Positions 9,142 to 17,752 of a DNA stretch of 64,000 bases are shown here, one piece after another. Source of the DNA: Bacteroidaceae bacterium (GTDB lineage Bacteria > Bacteroidota > Bacteroidia > Bacteroidales > Bacteroidaceae). A model generated the notes under the pieces. It had not been told where the DNA came from. It made no database searches and saw only the letters and a program-made list of their open reading frames with translations. The position numbers were made by a program, and so were the translations under genes. The first letter of the stretch is position 1. Each line of letters begins with the position of its first letter. The stretch lies in contig JAILRU010000016.1 in the NCBI GenBank assembly GCA_024697945.1, forward strand, positions 4,588 through 68,587. The letters are read 5' to 3'.

Positions 9142-10011
9142 TTGAATACTAGAAGTAGAAAGAAGGTATCTTGGGTTCTTCAGGGCATCACCAGTACCAT
9201 CAGTACGAGTATGGTGCTTGTCCTCATTGGACTGGTCGTGTTGCTTTCGCTGACGGCGCGCGTTGTGGCTGACAGCGTGAAGGAGAACCTGACCGTCACC
9301 ATCGTACTTGACGATGATGTGCAGACGGCAGAAGCTCAAAGCCTGCGAGATTCGCTCAACGTCAAACACTACATCAGCAGCGTCGAATACATCAGCCGAG
9401 AGCAGGCCCTGCAGGAACAGATAGAGAGCATGGGCATCGACCCTTCCGATTTCCTCGGCGCCAATCCTTTCTCCATCTCGATGGAGATAAAGGTGAAGCC
9501 CGATTATTCCTCGAACGACAGCCTGCAGTGGATTAGTAAGGAACTGCGCGAGTCGAAGTATGTGGCCGACGTCATGTATCAGAAGGACCTTGTGGAAAGT
9601 CTCAACCGCAACCTGCATCGTGCCTCGTTCTTCCTGTTAGGCATCGCCCTGCTGCTTGTCATCATTTCGCTGAGCCTCATCAACAACACCGTACGCCTGA
9701 GCGTCTTCAACCACCGTTTCGTGATTCACACGATGAAACTGGTGGGTGCCAAGTGGAGTTTCATCCGATGGCCTTTCCTGGTACGCGGTTTCTGGATTGG
9801 CATTGCCTCGGCACTCATTGCCGACGCCGTCATCTTCTTTGGCGTACACTGGGCGGCCGTCTATGACGCTGGCGTCCTGAACTATATCACGCAGCAAAAC
9901 ATGGTCATCACAGCGGTATCGGTACTCTGTATCGGCCTTGTCCTGACCGTTGTCTGCACCTTCTTCTCCGTGACGCATTGCCTGAACATGCGTGGCTCGG
10001 AACTTTATTAA
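9142..10011 (+). CDS. ftsX: cell division protein FtsX (TTG start)
   Basis: 289 aa. N-terminal TM helix, periplasmic domain, three C-terminal TM helices of the FtsX-like permease fold. Conserved position before DUF3098-uppP. Confidence 0.8.
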   Translation: MNTRSRKKVSWVLQGITSTISTSMVLVLIGLVVLLSLTARVVADSVKENLTVTIVLDDDVQTAEAQSLRDSLNVKHYISSVEYISREQALQEQIESMGIDPSDFLGANPFSISMEIKVKPDYSSNDSLQWISKELRESKYVADVMYQKDLVESLNRNLHRASFFLLGIALLLVIISLSLINNTVRLSVFNHRFVIHTMKLVGAKWSFIRWPFLVRGFWIGIASALIADAVIFFGVHWAAVYDAGVLNYITQQNMVITAVSVLCIGLVLTVVCTFFSVTHCLNMRGSELY

Positions 10012-10038
10012 TGGTAAATCGTCAAAAAGTAAATCAAT

Positions 10039-10263
10039 ATGGCTTTTAGTAAAAAGAACTACATCCTGTTGGCCATCGGAATGGCCATTGTCATCATCGG
10101 TCTTGTCCTAATGTCGGGCAAAGGCAGTGCCGAGGGCGTGTTTAATCCCGACATCTTCAGTGCCCGCCGCATCAAGGTGGCACCCCTCGTGAGCCTCTTC
10201 GGCTTCGTCTTCATCATGTTCGCCATTATGTATAAGCCCAAGGCCAAGAAGCTGGAGGAATAA
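10039..10263 (+). CDS. DUF3098 family small membrane protein
   Basis: 74 aa with two TM helices (MAFSKKNYILLAIGMAIVIIGLVLMSG...). Canonical Bacteroidota position between ftsX and uppP. Confidence 0.7.
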   Translation: MAFSKKNYILLAIGMAIVIIGLVLMSGKGSAEGVFNPDIFSARRIKVAPLVSLFGFVFIMFAIMYKPKAKKLEE

Positions 10264-10275
10264 GGAGGTACGGGC

Positions 10276-11139
10276 ATGACTGCATTCGAAACAATTATCA
10301 TTGCCATTGTGGAGGGACTCACGGAGTTCCTGCCTGTGTCCTCGACGGGACACATGATTATCACGCAGAACCTGTTGGGCGTTGAGAGTACGCCTTTCGT
10401 AAAGGCATTCACCATCATCATCCAGTTCGGTGCCATCCTCTCTGTCGTGTGTCTATACTGGAACCGCTTCTTCCGTCTGAACCAAACGCCGGCTCCACAG
10501 GGCAGCACACCGCTGCAGAGTTTCCTGCACAAATGGGATTTCTACTGGAAACTCCTTGTGGCCTTCGTGCCAGCCATCGTCATCGGCTTTATCGGCAAAA
10601 TGTCCGGCCTGATAGACCGCTTCCTTGAGAACGTAGAGGTGGTGGCCTTGATGTTGGTCATTGGTGGCATCTTCATGCTCTTCTGCGACCGCATCTTCAA
10701 CAAGGGCAGCGAGCAGACAGAACTGACGGAGGGTCGTGCTTTCCGCATCGGTCTGTTCCAGTGCATCGCCATGATACCAGGTGTTTCGCGCTCGATGGCA
10801 ACCATTGTCGGCGGTATGGCTCAGAAGCTGACACGCCGTGCCGCTGCCGAGTTCTCGTTCTTCCTGGCTGTCCCCACGATGGCCGCAGCTACAGCTCTGG
10901 ACGTGTTGCAGCTCTTCTTCGGCGACGAGGCGGATGCCAGCTGGGCAACGCGCGACAATCTGTTGATGCTGGCGCTGGGATGCGTGGTAGCCTTCGTGGT
11001 GGCTCTGATGGCCATGAAATGGTTCGTCAGCTTCCTCACCAAGTACGGCTTCAAGGCCTTTGGCGTCTATCGCATCATCGTTGGTATCATCATCCTTGGC
11101 CTCCTATGGACAGGCCACTCACTCGTAATGGTTGACTGA
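10276..11139 (+). CDS. uppP: undecaprenyl-diphosphate phosphatase
   Basis: [14 protein letters not shown] motif, multi-TM, 287 aa. Confidence 0.9.
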   Translation: MTAFETIIIAIVEGLTEFLPVSSTGHMIITQNLLGVESTPFVKAFTIIIQFGAILSVVCLYWNRFFRLNQTPAPQGSTPLQSFLHKWDFYWKLLVAFVPAIVIGFIGKMSGLIDRFLENVEVVALMLVIGGIFMLFCDRIFNKGSEQTELTEGRAFRIGLFQCIAMIPGVSRSMATIVGGMAQKLTRRAAAEFSFFLAVPTMAAATALDVLQLFFGDEADASWATRDNLLMLALGCVVAFVVALMAMKWFVSFLTKYGFKAFGVYRIIVGIIILGLLWTGHSLVMVD

Positions 11140-11855
11140 TGGATTTCATCAACGGAGAGATACTTTGCTTTGACAAGCCGCTGACGTGGACCAGCTTTAA
11201 CCTCGTCAACAAGATACGCGGACATTTGTGCCGCCGCCTCGGCGTGAAGAAGCTCAAGGTGGGACATGCAGGTACCCTCGACCCTTTGGCTACAGGCGTC
11301 ATGGTCATTTGCACAGGACATGCCACAAAGCGCATCGAAGAACTCCAAGCACATGTCAAGGAGTATGTCGCCACGTTGCAGCTCGGAGCCACAACGCCCA
11401 GCTACGACCTTGAGAAACCCATCGACCAGACCTACCCTACGGCGCACATCACCGAGTCTTTGGTGCGCGAGGTACTGGCTCGCTTCCTCGGACGCATCGA
11501 ACAGGTGCCGCCAGCCTTCTCGGCTTGCAAGATAGACGGCCATCGTGCGTATGACCTTGCCAGGAAGGGTAAGGAGGTAGAGCTCAAGCCCAAGGTGCTG
11601 GTCATCGATGAGATAGAGCTCCTCGACTTCAACCAGGAGAAGATGCAGGCCACCATCCGCGTCGTGTGCAGCAAAGGGACATACATACGTGCCTTGGCCC
11701 GCGACATCGGCCTTGCCCTCGACAGCGGTGCACACCTCATCGCTCTGCGACGTACCCGCGTCGGGGACATCCGTGTGGAGGACTGCATGAAGGTTGAGGA
11801 CTTCCCAACCTGGCTGGAGAAACAATACATCTCGAATAACAATATAACGAAATAA
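11139..11855 (+). CDS. truB: tRNA pseudouridine(55) synthase
   Basis: [15 protein letters not shown] catalytic-Asp motif. Start overlaps the uppP stop (TGATG). Confidence 0.9.
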   Translation: MDFINGEILCFDKPLTWTSFNLVNKIRGHLCRRLGVKKLKVGHAGTLDPLATGVMVICTGHATKRIEELQAHVKEYVATLQLGATTPSYDLEKPIDQTYPTAHITESLVREVLARFLGRIEQVPPAFSACKIDGHRAYDLARKGKEVELKPKVLVIDEIELLDFNQEKMQATIRVVCSKGTYIRALARDIGLALDSGAHLIALRRTRVGDIRVEDCMKVEDFPTWLEKQYISNNNITK

Positions 11856-11872
11856 CGACAATTCCAACAAAT

Positions 11873-12955
11873 ATGAAACTACAACAATTCAAGTACAGAC
11901 TTCCTGAAGACCGTATTGCACAGGTACCTACGCCTTTCCGCGACGATTGCCGCCTCATGGTCATACATACCCAACGAGGTGTCATCGAGCATCATGAATC
12001 CTTCCGTGATGTCATCAACTATTTCGACGAGAAGGATGTCTTCGTGTTCAACGACACCAAGGTCTTTCCTGCACGTCTCTATGGCAACAAGGAAAAGACA
12101 GGTGCAAAGATTGAGGTCTTCCTGTTGCGTGAGCTCAACAGGGATATGCGCCTCTGGGATGTGCTGGTCGATCCCGCCCGCAAGATACGTATCGGCAACA
12201 AACTCTATTTCGGCGAGGACGAGTCGATGGTAGCAGAAGTTATCGACAACACCACCAGTCGCGGCCGTACCCTGCGTTTCCTCTTCGACGGAACGCACGA
12301 GGAGTTCAAGCGTGCACTCTATGCTCTCGGCGAGTCTCCCATCCCAAAGGAAATACTCAAGCGTGACGTCCTCCCTGAGGATGCCGAGAACTTCCAGACC
12401 ATATTCGCCGAGAAGGAAGGCGCCGTCACGGCTCCCACAGCGGGCCTGCATTTCTCACCCCAGCTGATGAAGATGATGGAAATCAAGGGCATTGACTTCG
12501 CCTTCGTCACCCTGCACTGCGGCCTGAGCAATTTCCGCGAGATAGACGTCGAGGACCTGACGAAGCACAAGATGGACAGCGAGGAGATGCACGTTGACCA
12601 GAAGGCATGCGACATCATCAACCGCGCCCGTCAGGAGAAACACAAGATTGTCGCCGTCGGAACTACGGTACAGCGCGTACTCGAGACGGCAGTCTCCACC
12701 GACGGCCAGCTCAAGGAGTATCATGGATGGACGAACCGCTTCATCTTCCCGCCCTTCGACTTCCATCTGGCTGATGCCATGATAGCCAACTTCTACCTGC
12801 CCTATAGCACTCTGCTCATGCTGACCTGTGCCTTCGGTGGCTACGACCTCATCATGAAGGCCTACAAGGAGGCGCTTCGCTACAACGAGAGCGACCCTGA
12901 AAAGCGCTATCGCTTCGGCACCTACGGCGATGCTATGCTGATACTGAATGACTAA
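11873..12955 (+). CDS. queA: S-adenosylmethionine:tRNA ribosyltransferase-isomerase
   Basis: [18 protein letters not shown], ...TAPTAGLHF..., VGTT..R.LE; 360 aa. Confidence 0.9.
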   Translation: MKLQQFKYRLPEDRIAQVPTPFRDDCRLMVIHTQRGVIEHHESFRDVINYFDEKDVFVFNDTKVFPARLYGNKEKTGAKIEVFLLRELNRDMRLWDVLVDPARKIRIGNKLYFGEDESMVAEVIDNTTSRGRTLRFLFDGTHEEFKRALYALGESPIPKEILKRDVLPEDAENFQTIFAEKEGAVTAPTAGLHFSPQLMKMMEIKGIDFAFVTLHCGLSNFREIDVEDLTKHKMDSEEMHVDQKACDIINRARQEKHKIVAVGTTVQRVLETAVSTDGQLKEYHGWTNRFIFPPFDFHLADAMIANFYLPYSTLLMLTCAFGGYDLIMKAYKEALRYNESDPEKRYRFGTYGDAMLILND

Positions 12956-13424
12956 AAGCCCCATTCCAAGCAAGGCTCGACGACCAAAGGGAAAGTCAAC
13001 CTCCCCCAAGGAGGAGAAACTCTTCCTTTCCTTGGGAAGCAACCTTGGAGATAGAGAAGAGCTGTTGCACCGTGCTATTGCGCTGATTGGTGAGCGCATC
13101 GGCACGGTGAAGCGTGTCTCGTCGTTCATCGAGACAGAGCCTTGGGGCTTCCAAAGCGAGCATCCTTTCCTCAATGCCGCTTGTATGGTGCTGACGACAC
13201 TTTCACCCAGGCAGTGTCTGAAAGCGACACAGCAGATAGAGCGCGAACTGGGACGCACCACAAAGTCGAAGGACGGTGTATATCACGACCGCCCCATCGA
13301 CATAGACTTACTTCTATACGGAGACCATAGGCTTTCCACACCCACTCTCACACTGCCGCATCCCCACATGTATGAACGCGACTTCGTCATGATTCCCCTA
13401 CGTGAAATCATGGAAAAGCCCTGA
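12948..13424 (+). CDS. folK: 2-amino-4-hydroxy-6-hydroxymethyldihydropteridine diphosphokinase
   Basis: [30 protein letters not shown] motifs. Has a basic ~24-aa N-terminal extension. Confidence 0.85.
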   Translation: MTKSPIPSKARRPKGKSTSPKEEKLFLSLGSNLGDREELLHRAIALIGERIGTVKRVSSFIETEPWGFQSEHPFLNAACMVLTTLSPRQCLKATQQIERELGRTTKSKDGVYHDRPIDIDLLLYGDHRLSTPTLTLPHPHMYERDFVMIPLREIMEKP

Positions 13425-13435
13425 GTATAAGCAAC

Positions 13436-16327
13436 TCACCTGATGACTTTCTTGCCATCAATAATGTAAATGCCCCTTGGCAATTTTGAATTTTGATTAT
13501 TGATTTTTGCTCCGCCTGCGCCTGAGCTTTGCGAAGAATTATCAAAGCGGCGTCCGCTTACGTCATAGACGGCATCCTCATTTCGAATTGTGAATTGTGA
13601 ATTATGAATTAATTTTATTCCGTCCTCGATGTCGCTGAACTTCAGTACAAGGCTTTGGATGTCGGGATTCTCGAGTGTAAGGTAGGCCTGATTAGGCTCG
13701 ATTGTCTCGTCGGTAGGGGCATAGAAACCCGGAATGTCGTTCTGACCTTGCAACGTAAGCACGTTAGTGGGACTGGCGGGCATGAAGAGACCCTGAAGAG
13801 CAGTGGCTGTGGAGGGTTGTGCCGTGAAACCTTCACCGTATGTCAGTGAGGCTGTTTCACTTTCACCCCACAGCACGACAGGTGTGCCGGCAGGCACGGC
13901 GTTCCCGACATTCGTGAGGAGCACATAGCCCTCACTGATAGCATCCTCTCCTTTTTCGAGGATATAGACCTTGGCATCGCCCACCGTCACGTCGTAGGGA
14001 AAGCAAAGCGTCGTATAGAATCCTTCACCGATAGGCGTCAACGTTACTGGTGCAGTGGGCACTGTCTCCGCGATGATTTGCGAGCCCAGGTCGGTCTTGG
14101 CATTCTCGCTTTCCCATACTTGCAGATAGCCGTGGGGACCTCCGTGAGTATTGACATAATAGTCTTTTTGGTCCATGAGGCTAAGAGAGAAACCGTCGTT
14201 GTTGGCGTGTACTGTCCAACGGAAGTCCCCTTCACGCAGGACGGTATTCTTGATGTCCGAGACGCCTTGCACGGAAGTGGCCGTACCGTCAACCGTCAGC
14301 GAATAGTCCTCCCCCATGAGCTTGTTGACAATCTTGAAACCCTCAATAGGATTCCCTTTGAATGCCCACTGATAAGCATCGCTGGCACGCACGAGGTCTG
14401 TGGCATAGAGTTCCTCCTCCGGATACTCCCCTACAGATGCTTCGTCGTAAGCGTGAGGGTGGTACGGCTCACGGCCTTCCCATCCGACATAGCGGCCAAG
14501 ACACCCTGCCTTGAGGTTGTACCAGGTATCCGTATCGGAGCTTATCTTGAAAGGGGCGCTGCCAGCCCACGTGACGGTGACTTTGATGGATGTGGAGGTG
14601 ATGTTCTTGGGCGAATAGGCGTAGTTGCAGAAGTCGCGAATATAGGCTTCGGGGAGTGCCGCTGCGGTGCTCAGCTCGCCCGGGACGATGGCTTCGCCGC
14701 ATTTCTCGCCTCCGAAGTAGAGGTTGTAGGTGACGTTGATGGTGTTCTCTATTTCCCAGATGTACTGCATGTCGCTGGCATACTCGGCCACGGGACCCTC
14801 GTCGCCCGTGTTCACCGTCCAGAAGGCCTGCGATGCCGCCTCCTGGTTGCCCGTCCCCTTGGCATTGGTGGCACGGACGGCATACTTGCCCTCGCTGTCC
14901 ATGAAGAAGACCTGTGCCTCCCAGTCCTTGCGCTTGCTGCTCATGTTGGTCCGGAGGCGTCCGGAGTTGTACACCACGCTACCGCTGCTCACCTGAGGGC
15001 TGGTGAAGTAGGCGTTTTGCAGGTTGAAGCCGTAGGTATAGGCTGCACCCTCGACACGCGAGAAGGAGAAGATGCTGGCACCCGACGCGTCGGCAGTCAG
15101 GAGTCCGCGGGTGGTGAGGTAGTACTTCGTGTCGCCGACAGTAGTGGAGACCACATACTTGTTCCCAGGCGTGATGGAGGCCAGGGCGCGGAAATAGTCG
15201 GCATGGGGACTTTCCTTGAAGTTGTTGGCGATGATGGCGTCGGTCAGCGCCTGTCCCTTCACCTGGTAATTGCCGGAAACATCCTCGGCAGCATAGTCCA
15301 TCAACACGATGCCCGTGGAACCCGTATGGCTGTTCAGATAGTCGATGACAACAGGATTCTGCGTGGCTGCATTGTCGCGATACCCGTCGCTGGTTGCTAC
15401 CGTGTTTCCGAAAATCGATGCAGTCTTTGAATAGCCCGATGTCTGATTGACCACCCACAAGCTGGGGTTCGTATTCTCCGTGCAGGAGAACTGCAGCATG
15501 CGCTGGATGCTCGCACTCTTTGTGGCGGGAGCATCGCTGGCCGAGACATCATAGAAGTCCTGCACATACAGTGGACCTTGCGTGCCGATACCATTAATCT
15601 TGGCACCTTGCTGATTGGCGAAGTTCGGATTGAAGCCCCAACCAGAGATGTAGCCACCGACAGGATTGGTGCCGTAGTTATCACGGCAAAGGATAAGGAG
15701 CTTACCCCGCATGTCGCCAAGCTTGGCATCCGGATTGAAGTTCACGGCATGGCTCTTCGTAGGATTGCTGTTGAGCAGTTCCTTCATCTTCGTGCCCCAA
15801 GAATCGTTGTTGTCGTCGCCTTCCGACTCATGGCGGATAAAGATGATACAAGTTTCCGTAGGATGACTGTCCAATAGGCCACAGAGCGTGGTAAGGGCAT
15901 CGTCGAAGTAAAGGTTCGTCGAGATGAGGCCATGATAGATACGCAGGCGGGAGCCATCCACGGCCGGACGCAGGTCGAAAGCACGAATGCCGCTGTTCCA
16001 CTGCTCGGTCAATGTCTTTTCCTGCGTAACCGCGTAAGTCTTGCCGCTCACAATCACATAAGCGTTGTTCACGCCGTGTCCAGTCCCCGCATCGTGAGTG
16101 CCTGGGATGGATATCTGACTGATAAACGTGTCATCCGACACCCCCCCCATCCAGGCTGCATTGTCGGCCAGCATCCGAAGCGTGCCCATTCCCTGTAGAA
16201 GGATTACCATCAAGGCGACAAGGCTTGAACCTCTTAAACCCCTTGAACCCCTTGAACCCCTTGAACCTCTTAAACCTCTTAAACCCCTTGAACCTCTTAT
16301 ACCCCTTTCACTTTTCATAGTATTCAT
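13436..16327 (-). CDS. secreted PI-PLC X-domain-like phospholipase C family protein with T9SS C-terminal sorting domain (963 aa)
   Basis: ISIPGTHDAGT...RAFDLRP...RIYHG pattern of PLC-like phosphodiesterases near the N-terminus. C-terminus AVYDVSGRR...LPRGIYIIDGKKVIR. Confidence 0.75.
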   Translation of the reverse strand: MNTMKSERGIRGSRGLRGLRGSRGSRGSRGLRGSSLVALMVILLQGMGTLRMLADNAAWMGGVSDDTFISQISIPGTHDAGTGHGVNNAYVIVSGKTYAVTQEKTLTEQWNSGIRAFDLRPAVDGSRLRIYHGLISTNLYFDDALTTLCGLLDSHPTETCIIFIRHESEGDDNNDSWGTKMKELLNSNPTKSHAVNFNPDAKLGDMRGKLLILCRDNYGTNPVGGYISGWGFNPNFANQQGAKINGIGTQGPLYVQDFYDVSASDAPATKSASIQRMLQFSCTENTNPSLWVVNQTSGYSKTASIFGNTVATSDGYRDNAATQNPVVIDYLNSHTGSTGIVLMDYAAEDVSGNYQVKGQALTDAIIANNFKESPHADYFRALASITPGNKYVVSTTVGDTKYYLTTRGLLTADASGASIFSFSRVEGAAYTYGFNLQNAYFTSPQVSSGSVVYNSGRLRTNMSSKRKDWEAQVFFMDSEGKYAVRATNAKGTGNQEAASQAFWTVNTGDEGPVAEYASDMQYIWEIENTINVTYNLYFGGEKCGEAIVPGELSTAAALPEAYIRDFCNYAYSPKNITSTSIKVTVTWAGSAPFKISSDTDTWYNLKAGCLGRYVGWEGREPYHPHAYDEASVGEYPEEELYATDLVRASDAYQWAFKGNPIEGFKIVNKLMGEDYSLTVDGTATSVQGVSDIKNTVLREGDFRWTVHANNDGFSLSLMDQKDYYVNTHGGPHGYLQVWESENAKTDLGSQIIAETVPTAPVTLTPIGEGFYTTLCFPYDVTVGDAKVYILEKGEDAISEGYVLLTNVGNAVPAGTPVVLWGESETASLTYGEGFTAQPSTATALQGLFMPASPTNVLTLQGQNDIPGFYAPTDETIEPNQAYLTLENPDIQSLVLKFSDIEDGIKLIHNSQFTIRNEDAVYDVSGRRFDNSSQSSGAGGAKINNQNSKLPRGIYIIDGKKVIR
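13477..13545 (-). repeat. 69-nt block shared with 27779-27847, inserted inside the T9SS CTD
   Basis: Reverse complement is ttgataattcttcgcaaagctcaggcgcaggcggagcaaaa + heptamers + ttgccaa. It encodes FDNSSQSSGAGGAKINNQNSKLP. Confidence 0.85.
13584..13611 (-). repeat. heptamer run (AATTCAC family) in the pre-CTD linker
   Basis: Plus strand cgaattg tgaattg tgaatta tgaatta; encodes LIHNSQFTIRN. Confidence 0.8.
16223..16303 (-). repeat. nine tandem 9-mers (CCTTGAACC / TCTTAAACC) encoding (RGS/RGL)n at the N-terminus of the PI-PLC-like protein
   Basis: Direct reading: 9 consecutive 9-nt units. Protein is MNTMKSERGIRGSRGLRGLRGSRGSRGSRGLRGSS followed by the hydrophobic signal core. Confidence 0.9.
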
Positions 16328-16483
16328 AGATTAGTCATTAAACCGTAACAAAGTTACACACATTCTTTAAAAAATAGCGTTCTCATCAGTCAAACATTTG
16401 TTAAACTGTGTTAAATATGCGGTATTGCGGACAAATTGTAAGGGAAAAAATGTTTTAATCTTGCAGGAAAGTCAGAAAAGTTC

Positions 16484-16491
16484 TACCTTTG
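16484..16491 (+). promoter_or_regulatory. -7 box TAccTTTG upstream of tRNA-Gln
   Basis: TAnnTTTG match 34 nt upstream of the tRNA 5' end. Confidence 0.55.
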
Positions 16492-16524
16492 CAGCCGCAA
16501 TCGATAAAAAGGTTGCTTTTGGAT

Positions 16525-16595
16525 TGGGCTATGGTGTAATGGTAGCACAAGAGGTTTTGGTTCTCTTAGTCTTGGTTCGAACCCAGGTAGTCCAA
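16525..16595 (+). tRNA. tRNA-Gln (anticodon UUG)
   Basis: Acceptor TGGGCTA/TAGTCCA. Anticodon stem AGAGG/TCTCT with loop TTTTGGT. T-arm GGTTCGAACCC. No encoded CCA. Confidence 0.85.
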
Positions 16596-16611
16596 CGTTT
16601 ACTCTCACGAA

Positions 16612-16643
16612 GCGGGTGTGTCAAAACTGACACACCCGCTTTT
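16612..16643 (+). terminator. perfect 12-bp hairpin plus T run after tRNA-Gln
   Basis: gcgggtgtgtca aaac tgacacacccgc tttt. Confidence 0.75.
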
Positions 16644-16669
16644 CATTTCATTTATCATTTCTCATTTAG
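16628..16669 (+). repeat. outer inverted repeat, left arm
   Basis: tgacacacccgcttttcatttcatttatcatttctcatttag. Confidence 0.85.
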
Positions 16670-16805
16670 CCCGCAGGCCGCCATCATCCATCATACATCT
16701 CTTTTCCCCTTTAATTTTTAATTTCCCTTTCATTTTCTTTTCCCCCTTTCATTTTCTTTTTTCCCCTTTCATTCTTTCATTTTTTTATTCTTTCATTCTT
16801 TATTG

Positions 16806-16842
16806 GGGGGGGTCGACCACCGAAAAAGTACAAAGTACAAAA
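16806..16842 (+). repeat. inner inverted repeat, left arm (G7-ACCACCGAAAAA-GTACAAA words)
   Basis: gggggggtcgaccaccgaaaaagtacaaagtacaaaa. Confidence 0.85.
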
Positions 16843-16892
16843 GTACAAAAGTACATTTCAAACCGAAAAGCCTTGCTTCACGGTGATGAAGG

Positions 16893-17141
16893 TCACCTGA
16901 TCGCCGCGCTCTTTGCTCCCATAGTGACACCCTCGAAGGAGTGGTCACAGATGCTCTTGAAGGCCTTGTACATGAGGCCCGTTTGAGCGATGATGACCCT
17001 TTGCAGAGTCTGGGCAGTGGTCTTGGGGTTCTTCGGAGTCACCTTCTCACGAACACCAGTCTTGCCACTTGAGGTGCGGTAATAGACCTGATTGCCTATC
17101 TTACCGCTTGCGCCGTAGTTTTGAATATTAGCTTCTGCCAT
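16893..17141 (-). CDS. hypothetical 82-aa protein, possibly a truncated DUF6266-like gene
   Basis: The only ORF of 60 aa or more inside the segment, apart from 16618..16986(+) which I reject as repeat-derived. N-terminus MAEANIQNYGASGKIGNQVYYRTSSGKTGVREKVTPKNPKTTAQTLQR resembles, from memory only, the G.SGK.GN.V.Y...G....R....NP.T..Q motif of a Bacteroidota DUF family. Confidence 0.35.
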   Translation of the reverse strand: MAEANIQNYGASGKIGNQVYYRTSSGKTGVREKVTPKNPKTTAQTLQRVIIAQTGLMYKAFKSICDHSFEGVTMGAKSAAIR

Positions 17142-17179
17142 AGTTGTTTAAATTTAAATTTTCTTTGGTGTCTCGGTCT

Positions 17180-17283
17180 CGGAATTGAAGGGAAGTTAAA
17201 GAGAAGTTATCGCTTCGCTTGGAAATTATAGGGACGATAGCTTAGGGCCCAGTAGTATTGTCCTTTTAACTTCATTTCCATTC
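17180..17283 (+). repeat. about 100-nt dispersed element, copy 1 (carries a 19-nt insertion relative to copy 2)
   Basis: cggaattgaagggaagttaaagagaagtta..agggacgatagcttagggcccagtagtattgtccttttaacttcatttccattc; matches 27916-28001. Confidence 0.85.
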
Positions 17284-17389
17284 TTTTCTTAAACTTCAAC
17301 TTTTTACTTCGGCCGTTTCCCTGGGCTTTATCTGACCTCCCTTTGCCCTTCATCTGACCTGCATCTGTGTCTCATTTGAGACAATGCCT

Positions 17390-17450
17390 CAGAGCTAGAA
17401 CAGAGCTAGAACAGAGGTAGAACAGAGGTAGAACAGAGCTAGACCAGAGC
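17390..17450 (+). repeat. tandem 11-mer (CAGAGCTAGAA) x5.5
   Basis: cagagctagaa cagagctagaa cagaggtagaa cagaggtagaa cagagctagac cagagc. Confidence 0.9.
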
Positions 17451-17507
17451 GGTTCCTTCATAGAAGGAAGGTGTTGTCATTGGGCCATCATTCGACGTCC
17501 GACGGTG

Positions 17508-17515
17508 CAAAGATA
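17508..17515 (-). promoter_or_regulatory. orphan -7 box TAtcTTTG on the minus strand
   Basis: Plus strand reads caaagata within ggtgcaaagatacgaa, the same context as the minus-strand promoters at 53554 and 59174. It points toward the 11-mers, the 100-nt element and the small ORF. Confidence 0.45.
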
Positions 17516-17580
17516 CGAAGGTATGGGTGATATTTCCAAAAAAAATCGCAAAAATCGTATTTTGTGGCAACCGTTGCCAA

Positions 17581-17614
17581 TTTTGTACTTTTGTACTTTG
17601 TACTTTTCGAGTGG
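17581..17614 (-). repeat. GTACAAA-word motif, copy B (inverted)
   Basis: Reverse complement is ccactcgaaaagtacaaagtacaaaagtacaaaa. Confidence 0.8.
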
Positions 17615-17722
17615 CTTGGGGGTATGGAGTGGGGCAGAAGTTGATAATATTTATTAATACATTATTAATTTTTAATAATATATAAAGAATACATTATAAA
17701 CACGCGAGACCCGCGTCTGGAA

Positions 17723-17752
17723 CCACACGAAAAGTACAAAGTACAAAAGTAC
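17723..17752 (+). repeat. GTACAAA-word motif, copy C (direct)
   Basis: ccacacgaaaagtacaaagtacaaaagtac. Confidence 0.8.

Noticed and set aside
7928-9618. Antisense and overlapping ORFs across miaB and ftsX (7928..9010, 8698..9618 and others).
   Set aside because: Same reasoning: they are embedded in genes with clear family motifs on the other strand, and have no start context or promoter box.
14078-15430. 450-aa plus-strand ORF opposite the PI-PLC-like gene.
   Set aside because: Antisense artefact. The minus-strand frame carries the PLC-like motifs and the T9SS CTD.
16223-16303. Possible CRISPR array: regular short repeats here, and at 45158-45394 and 52249-52310.
   Set aside because: The units are contiguous or 22-nt phased with no unique spacers of 25-40 nt. 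No cas genes are in the window.
16398-16986. ORFs 16398..16721 and 16618..16986 (plus strand).
   Set aside because: They run through tRNA-Gln, its terminator and pure repeat DNA. The translations are repeat-derived (FPFIFFSPFHFLF..).
16856-17580. Classical promoter inverton (phase-variable promoter flanked by inverted repeats).
   Set aside because: The only promoter box inside the repeat-bounded cassette (17508-17515, minus) fires into the cassette in either orientation, not out toward a flanking gene. The simple ON/OFF promoter-flip model does not fit. Inversion itself is still worth testing.
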